This document shows positions 58,853-64,000 of a DNA stretch of 64,000 nt, in pieces. How positions within the stretch are numbered: position 1 is the first letter of the stretch; every line of letters begins with the position of its first letter. Where the stretch lies: IMG/VR virus record IMGVR_UViG_3300021387_000688; one strand, 5' to 3'. Made by a program: the position numbers and the translations under genes. Under the pieces are notes generated by a model that was not told where the DNA came from, ran no database searches, and worked only from the letters and a program-made list of their open reading frames with translations. Source of the stretch: a virus (taxonomy: Duplodnaviria; Caudoviricetes).

Positions 58853-60650
58853 TTTTTTCCTCTTTAAGTAAATCTTCTATTTCAGCCACTGCTTTATCTA
58901 CATCAGGCCCATAACCTTCAACTTCTGAATTATCCGCAATATCCTTTTGGAGCGCTTCAATCTTCTTTTGAACATTATCGGCTTGTTTAAGTACTTCTTC
59001 ATCTTCTACTTCTACTGCAGGTTCTTCTTTTATCTCAGGTATTTCGGAATCTTCTTCTGCAGTTAAAGGCCTAGGTTTCTTAGTTTTCTTAGGCTTCTCA
59101 TCTACAGATTCCGATTCCTTTTCTGGTTCTCCAGAATACATTTTTACATAAGCTTCAGTACGTCTTTCAATTTCGTGTTCAATCCATTTAGACTGTCTCT
59201 TAGCAATTACATCAATTACTTTATCCATTTTGAAATCATACTTAGCTTGACTATAAGAACCGTCATCCAAATAGTTGTTATAAATCTTAATTAAGAAGTG
59301 ATTAATATCTAACCCTTTACTCTCCATTGATTTAAGATCTAAGTATTCAGAGAATTGAGAAAGTGCGCGCCTATCAATAGTTGACTTTGGAGTATAAAGT
59401 GCAATAATAAGTTCCTGTACAATACCAAATACCATGATTAAAATCATCATCATAACTTCAGTTGTACCAAACGAATTCGTAGACACTTTCTGTTCTGTAA
59501 TGTTTTCCAAAGTAGCTTTATTAGTAAACTTACTTTCAAGTGCAGGACCAATAATCATAAACATCTTGGCAGATTGTCCAACATCTCCACTATCGTTTTC
59601 GTAAGCGGATTGTATATCCCCTAGCGTCTGTAAAGACTTTGAAATGTTATCAGGATCGAATACAACTGGGCTACCATCTGGCCAAGTAAATCTTCCTTCT
59701 AGGTTTTCAATTTCTTGTTTAGCTTTATTATTTGTTTTATCTGCCAATTCGGTTAAACTATCCAAAGAAGTATTTGCAACAGAAGCTTCGATTTCTTTTT
59801 TAATAGTTGTAGCTAATTGGGCTTCGGAAGTAATGTTACGAATTTGATAAAGGCTTAAGTTTCTATAAACATTTACATCTTTTTGAACTTTTGCATTTCT
59901 TTCAGTCCAGTAATCGTCTGGAATAATTTCTTTACCTTTCCATTCAATTGGTTCTCTGGAATCACGTGCAACTGGGAACTCAGCCATTTCTGCACGATAC
60001 TCTTCAATGATTGGCCAAATCTTTGCGGCTTGAGTTGCAGCAGTATCAGCTGCATTGCTTGATGCATTTGTTCCTTTTACCAATGCCTTAAACTGTTCTT
60101 CATCTGAAACGTCTGCGGTACTACTATACTTTGCAATCTTTTCATAAGCTTGTTTAGCTTTCAAGATTTCATTTTGATTCTTACGTACAGCATCTCCAAT
60201 AGAAACAACTGACAAAGATATTGCAGTAATAAGAGATACTGTAATTAAGAATTTGTGCGCAAAGTTCCATCTTAGTTTAGGCTTATTTAATGCCAAAAAT
60301 GGTAAATCATTTTCCTTTAAACGAGCTTGTAATTCTTTAATTACACTTAACTGGGTTGCACACCAGAACTTAGCTGATGTAAAACCAATAGACATTAAAG
60401 TATAAACAATTCCTGCGGCAACTGAGATTGTAGCAATCTTAAAAATAGATTTTGATAATTCTGAGAAGAATACCAAATCGATGATCCCGGATACGAAAGA
60501 CAAAATAAGTAATGTCACTATCTTTCCTGATATCAGGATTTCAGTTGAATCGATAGTTGGTTTTTCAAAAAACTTTTCGCCTTTCTTACTTCCCCATTTC
60601 CAATGAATGGTTGGTAACTTAATTGTTCTTTTCTTTTTCGTATTTTTCAT
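58845..60650 (-). CDS. Multi-pass membrane protein with large soluble domain
   Basis: Three N-terminal and one central hydrophobic helices; acidic tail. Confidence 0.75.
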   Translation of the reverse strand: MKNTKKKRTIKLPTIHWKWGSKKGEKFFEKPTIDSTEILISGKIVTLLILSFVSGIIDLVFFSELSKSIFKIATISVAAGIVYTLMSIGFTSAKFWCATQLSVIKELQARLKENDLPFLALNKPKLRWNFAHKFLITVSLITAISLSVVSIGDAVRKNQNEILKAKQAYEKIAKYSSTADVSDEEQFKALVKGTNASSNAADTAATQAAKIWPIIEEYRAEMAEFPVARDSREPIEWKGKEIIPDDYWTERNAKVQKDVNVYRNLSLYQIRNITSEAQLATTIKKEIEASVANTSLDSLTELADKTNNKAKQEIENLEGRFTWPDGSPVVFDPDNISKSLQTLGDIQSAYENDSGDVGQSAKMFMIIGPALESKFTNKATLENITEQKVSTNSFGTTEVMMMILIMVFGIVQELIIALYTPKSTIDRRALSQFSEYLDLKSMESKGLDINHFLIKIYNNYLDDGSYSQAKYDFKMDKVIDVIAKRQSKWIEHEIERRTEAYVKMYSGEPEKESESVDEKPKKTKKPRPLTAEEDSEIPEIKEEPAVEVEDEEVLKQADNVQKKIEALQKDIADNSEVEGYGPDVDKAVAEIEDLLKEEKNV

Positions 60651-60728
60651 GATAATCTTATTTAGTTTTCCTTAAAATCTGAATATCAATATAGAAAAAG
60701 AAACGGGATGGGAATTAAAAATGGCAAT

Positions 60729-60755
60729 AAAAAAGGCCTATACAACGTATAGGCC
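60729..60755 (-). terminator. Terminator of the topoisomerase gene
   Basis: GGCCUAUAC-guu-GUAUAGGCC-UUUUUU. Confidence 0.85.
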
Positions 60756-60774
60756 CGGAGGTACAAATTATAAC

Positions 60775-62475
60775 TTATTTGAACAATTTTTCAAACTGTT
60801 CCATCTGAGTTTTGCTATAAATTCTTTCAAGTGGCATATCGATTTTACGACACCACTTAGATACGATAGCTGGATCGATATAAGCACCTTTTGAAGTAGA
60901 TGCTGTAAAGTTCTGAGTCTTTTCTTTCTGAGAAAGATTCATTTTTGCAATATCGTACTTCTGCTTTGTATTTTCATTCTGTTCCTGAAGTTTCTTAACC
61001 TTATCTTTCCAACCTTCTTTCTTTGCAGCTTTCAAAGCTTTAATCTTAGCTTCGCGTTTTGCAATTGTTTCTTCAACTTTTGCTTCACGTTCTTTAAGAC
61101 TTTCTTCCTTCTCGGCAAACTTTGCTTTACGCTTTTCTTCTGCAACTTTGTTAACACCGCGCTGATGATTCAGTCTCTTTGCAACTTCCATATTTGCTTC
61201 TTCAAATGCAAGTTTCTTAAGAGCAATTGGAGAATCCTTAGTTACATGGAACTTCTTAACAGCTTCTTCCAATGCATTTGTCATTGTATAAGCGGCTACT
61301 GCAGTACGAGCAAGTTTAGGAGAGAAGATTCCGTCAAGCTCAGGTACAATTGCACCTATATAAGCCTTAATATCATTTTTGTCAGTTTTGAGCTGTCCAA
61401 ATTCTTTCCAATGCTCTTCAATTTTAGCAGCAAATTCTGTTTCGATTTCAGATACGTCGTGAACCGAATCCTTTCCAAGGAAGTCAAATTTGATTTTGTT
61501 ACCAGAACGTTTTACATCCTTTCCCCATACAAGTGAAAGAAGTCCTTTTGTTCCATTTGTAGTTGCTTTCTTTTCTCCGATACGGATACCTTTTTCAAAA
61601 AGAAGGAATACAGCAATTACAGTTCCTAAATCCTTTGCTTTCTTAGAATTGAAATCGTTCTTAACAGTTTCAAGAATCTTTCCGTAAGATTCTCCAAGTT
61701 CTGCACCAGCATCGTATTTTTTCATCTGTCCTTCAGTCTTTACAGAAGACTTTGCACTAAACATAATCTTCTTACGAGTTGAAGAATAAACTTTAATCAT
61801 TCCACCTTGAGCGTTTGGTACACCAACGACGCTCGGATAATCTGCACAGTGATGAGATTCTGGACGCCATTCATTATGCCATTTTGATTTTTTAGTTTTT
61901 GGATCAACGTAATTAATTACTTCATCCCCGCTGATCAATACTGGATGCTTTTCTGAATTTGTATTCAATACAACATCTTCTGCGGTTACTGCCATTTTCC
62001 AATAACCTGCATAAGGGCAACCTGGGCGACCTGCGTAAATTCCTTCAGGCTCCAATACCCAAGACTGTAAAGGCTCTTTCTCCCCATCTACTATTGCAAA
62101 GCCATATTTTTCTTTACGAAGCTTGTTTGCTTCTTTAGTTTTTTCTTTTCCTTCTTTATCAGCGTCTTTTGCAGCCTTTACTTCTGCATACCATGCACGC
62201 CATTTTTTGATTTCTGGATCTTCGTTTACAAATGCTGGAAGATTAAGATGTCTAGATTTTGTCAACCAATCAGGTCCACCGGCAGCTTCGATACATTCGA
62301 AAACATGTTTAATCCAATTTTCGTCTTGGAAACAAGGAAGTTCTGGATTCCTTCTACAGAAGTCTCCGAAAATTCTATTATAAAGAAGAGAGCCATCAGC
62401 GAAAGGAGGAACAGGTACGAGACCTGGTACTTCCACTGCTTCAAGTTCCAAAGATTTCATAGGTTCAAGTTTCAT
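60775..62475 (-). CDS. DNA topoisomerase IB, long eukaryote/archaeal type
   Basis: Catalytic pentad contexts GIRIG, FDFLGKD, K.ART, LNHQR and TSKGAYIDP; core motif EPEGIYAGR; coiled-coil linker; IYSKTQ end. Confidence 0.93.
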   Translation of the reverse strand: MKLEPMKSLELEAVEVPGLVPVPPFADGSLLYNRIFGDFCRRNPELPCFQDENWIKHVFECIEAAGGPDWLTKSRHLNLPAFVNEDPEIKKWRAWYAEVKAAKDADKEGKEKTKEANKLRKEKYGFAIVDGEKEPLQSWVLEPEGIYAGRPGCPYAGYWKMAVTAEDVVLNTNSEKHPVLISGDEVINYVDPKTKKSKWHNEWRPESHHCADYPSVVGVPNAQGGMIKVYSSTRKKIMFSAKSSVKTEGQMKKYDAGAELGESYGKILETVKNDFNSKKAKDLGTVIAVFLLFEKGIRIGEKKATTNGTKGLLSLVWGKDVKRSGNKIKFDFLGKDSVHDVSEIETEFAAKIEEHWKEFGQLKTDKNDIKAYIGAIVPELDGIFSPKLARTAVAAYTMTNALEEAVKKFHVTKDSPIALKKLAFEEANMEVAKRLNHQRGVNKVAEEKRKAKFAEKEESLKEREAKVEETIAKREAKIKALKAAKKEGWKDKVKKLQEQNENTKQKYDIAKMNLSQKEKTQNFTASTSKGAYIDPAIVSKWCRKIDMPLERIYSKTQMEQFEKLFK

Positions 62476-62531
62476 TATATTCTCCTATGTTAAAAATATA
62501 GCTTTTGCGGGTTTAAGAATTTTCGGAAAAA

Positions 62532-62687
62532 TTAAGACCAAGCCAAAGTTTCTGGATTTTCTACAATCTTTTCTGCGGTAGCTTCAATGGCTTCTTCCAA
62601 ATCGTATTGATTGGTTGCAATCAAATATTTAATACGCTGAATACGGATCATGCGATCTGAAATAGTTTTACTTACCTTTTTGAACAT
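62532..62687 (-). CDS. FlgM-like (anti-sigma28) small protein, 51 aa, not in ORF track
   Basis: MFKKVSKTISDRMIRIQRIKYLIATNQYDLEEAIEATAEKIVENPETLAWS; perfect AAGGAGG RBS; R..I..IK..I....Y......A.KI pattern. Confidence 0.55.
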   Translation of the reverse strand: MFKKVSKTISDRMIRIQRIKYLIATNQYDLEEAIEATAEKIVENPETLAWS

Positions 62688-62698
62688 AAAATACCTCC

Positions 62699-62989
62699 TT
62701 AGTTTTTATGTAATGCATAAATCAAATAGTTTTTAGCTCCGGCTACTCTTTTTGCAAATTCGGAATCATTTAGCGGAATCAATTCTGCATAAATGTTTAG
62801 AGTTTCCAACTGCCCGTTTTTGTCGTAAACTTTTGAAGCATAAATTACATGATCTACTCCAGTTTTCTTCAAAACCTTTTTAGCCTGCATTTCATACTTT
62901 TGAATCTGTTTCGGAATCTGATCCAATTTAATAGTTCCAAAAGATGTATAATACTGGTGATGTTCCTGATACTCTACAGCTCTAAACAT
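62699..62989 (-). CDS. Hypothetical protein (start revised to 62989, MFRAVEY)
   Basis: AGGGGGT RBS at the end of the upstream gene. Confidence 0.7.
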   Translation of the reverse strand: MFRAVEYQEHHQYYTSFGTIKLDQIPKQIQKYEMQAKKVLKKTGVDHVIYASKVYDKNGQLETLNIYAELIPLNDSEFAKRVAGAKNYLIYALHKN

Positions 62990-62993
62990 TTTA

Positions 62994-63683
62994 TTACCCC
63001 CTATATTCAATTCCGGTTGCACCGAACTGGCGATTAAGAGAAATGTTATTTCCCTCTACCATTCCGCTTGTATAAGCAATTGAATCTCTTATAGCTGCTC
63101 CGTTCATTTTATAATCACCAAGTTTGCCATAAGAATTATTAATCCAATTTTCTACTTCATCAAGTGGTACTAAACCCCACTTGTCAGTTTTTGGAGCAGT
63201 TGATTTAATTTCATTGATTTTAGTTCTAACAGAATCTACTACACCAGTACAGTAAGCATTTCTAGAAGAAGGGCAATCTCCAACTCTTCTAGCTTCTTTA
63301 ATAGTTTTGTCACGAATCCAATTATACATCAACTTTGCAGTCAATCTGTTGCCTTCGCGACCAATTACTACAAGATGACATTTCTTATCCCAATAAGTTC
63401 CCAAACCAGATCTTAATACTTTACAATCGAACAACTTACTGATGGATACAAAAAGATTGATTTCCCATTTACGATACTGTTTTTTATCTTCGTCCAATGT
63501 TTCTTGATCCAAGCAACCCAAGATTTCGTCTCTTGAATATTTCTGGACATCTTCCATAGATATTCCGTGCTCGCGCATCAAATCATAAGCTCTTTTTAAA
63601 GCTGTTTCTGCTTCGCCAGCATAATCAGTACCGTTTCCAAGATTTATAAGTTTTTCAATTTTCGAAAGTAATTTGTCATCCAT
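62994..63683 (-). CDS. DUF2786-type protein
   Basis: KIEKL..L......EA..A...A..LM..HGI N-terminus; G...G..I.L C-terminus. Confidence 0.8.
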   Translation of the reverse strand: MDDKLLSKIEKLINLGNGTDYAGEAETALKRAYDLMREHGISMEDVQKYSRDEILGCLDQETLDEDKKQYRKWEINLFVSISKLFDCKVLRSGLGTYWDKKCHLVVIGREGNRLTAKLMYNWIRDKTIKEARRVGDCPSSRNAYCTGVVDSVRTKINEIKSTAPKTDKWGLVPLDEVENWINNSYGKLGDYKMNGAAIRDSIAYTSGMVEGNNISLNRQFGATGIEYRG

Positions 63684-63685
63684 GT

Positions 63686-63723
63686 TAATAATATAGCTTA
63701 AACCCGGAAACTGAATTTCTAAA
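63686..63723 (-). promoter_or_regulatory. Early-type promoter, near-duplicate of 14341-14378
   Basis: TTTAGAAATtcagTTTCCGGGTTTAAGCTATATTATTA, with ATG 6 nt after the -10. Confidence 0.75.
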
Positions 63724-63735
63724 AAGGCAAAAGAA

Positions 63736-63757
63736 AAGGACTCTTTTTAGAGTCCTT
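63736..63757 (-). terminator. Intrinsic terminator
   Basis: AAGGACTCT-N4-AGAGTCCTT with T-tract on the minus strand. Confidence 0.75.
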
Positions 63758-63761
63758 GAAT

Positions 63762-63917
63762 CTACTTAGATGCTTCTACCTTTGCCCAAAGCTTAAAGCC
63801 TTCATAAGCTTCGACAAAATCTGCAGGATCATCATAGTACCAAATAATACCATTGTAACAAATTCCATTACAATGTTCGATCTTAGTTTTCTTAGATTTC
63901 TTCTTATTCTTTGCCAT
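63762..63917 (-). CDS. Small hypothetical protein (51 aa, not in ORF track)
   Basis: MAKNKKKSKKTKIEHCNGICYNG...VEASK*; TATATT ends 6 nt before the ATG; followed by a terminator. Confidence 0.65.
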   Translation of the reverse strand: MAKNKKKSKKTKIEHCNGICYNGIIWYYDDPADFVEAYEGFKLWAKVEASK

Positions 63918-64000
63918 ATTAAAAATATAGATTTAGGCTCCGAATCCGATTCGTTTAGATTCTGTTTTTTGTAACTTTTCTTTTTGACAGAAATCTATCA

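Noticed and set aside
63756-63974. Plus-strand 72-aa ORF
   Set aside because: The minus-strand 51-aa ORF (63762-63917) fits the promoter geometry and terminator better.
1-64000. CRISPR array, IS element, or stop-codon reassignment
   Set aside because: No regularly spaced repeats or transposase motifs; very long ORFs read through under the standard code and genes end in TAA, TAG and TGA.

Overview
AT-rich, gene-dense segment of a large T4-like (contractile-tail) phage genome. The host is most likely a spirochete (Treponema-like), because the window carries a spirochete-type flagellin FlaB next to a FlaA sheath protein. Virion genes are scattered on both strands: a gp23-like major capsid, tail tube, baseplate and chaperone genes, a tape measure and three giant proteins. 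They are mixed with DNA-metabolism genes (family A polymerase, Mre11/gp47-like nuclease, 5'-3' exonuclease, topoisomerase IB, NrdG, FolE, QueC-like) and clusters of small early ORFs. Main oddities: (1) the family A DNA polymerase is split into three separately initiated genes in scrambled order (N-part, motif B/C part, motif A part), and the break points carry non-catalytic, split-intein-like (Hint) remnants; (2) a flagellar-regulon module made of flaB (sigma28 promoter, CsrA-type hairpin), flaA and an unannotated FlgM-like 51-aa ORF; (3) two anti-Shine-Dalgarno elements complementary to the RBS of three early genes, alongside many apparently leaderless genes; (4) a long eukaryote/archaeal-type topoisomerase IB; (5) an unassigned structured non-coding region. 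All assignments come from motif recognition by eye; no searches were run.
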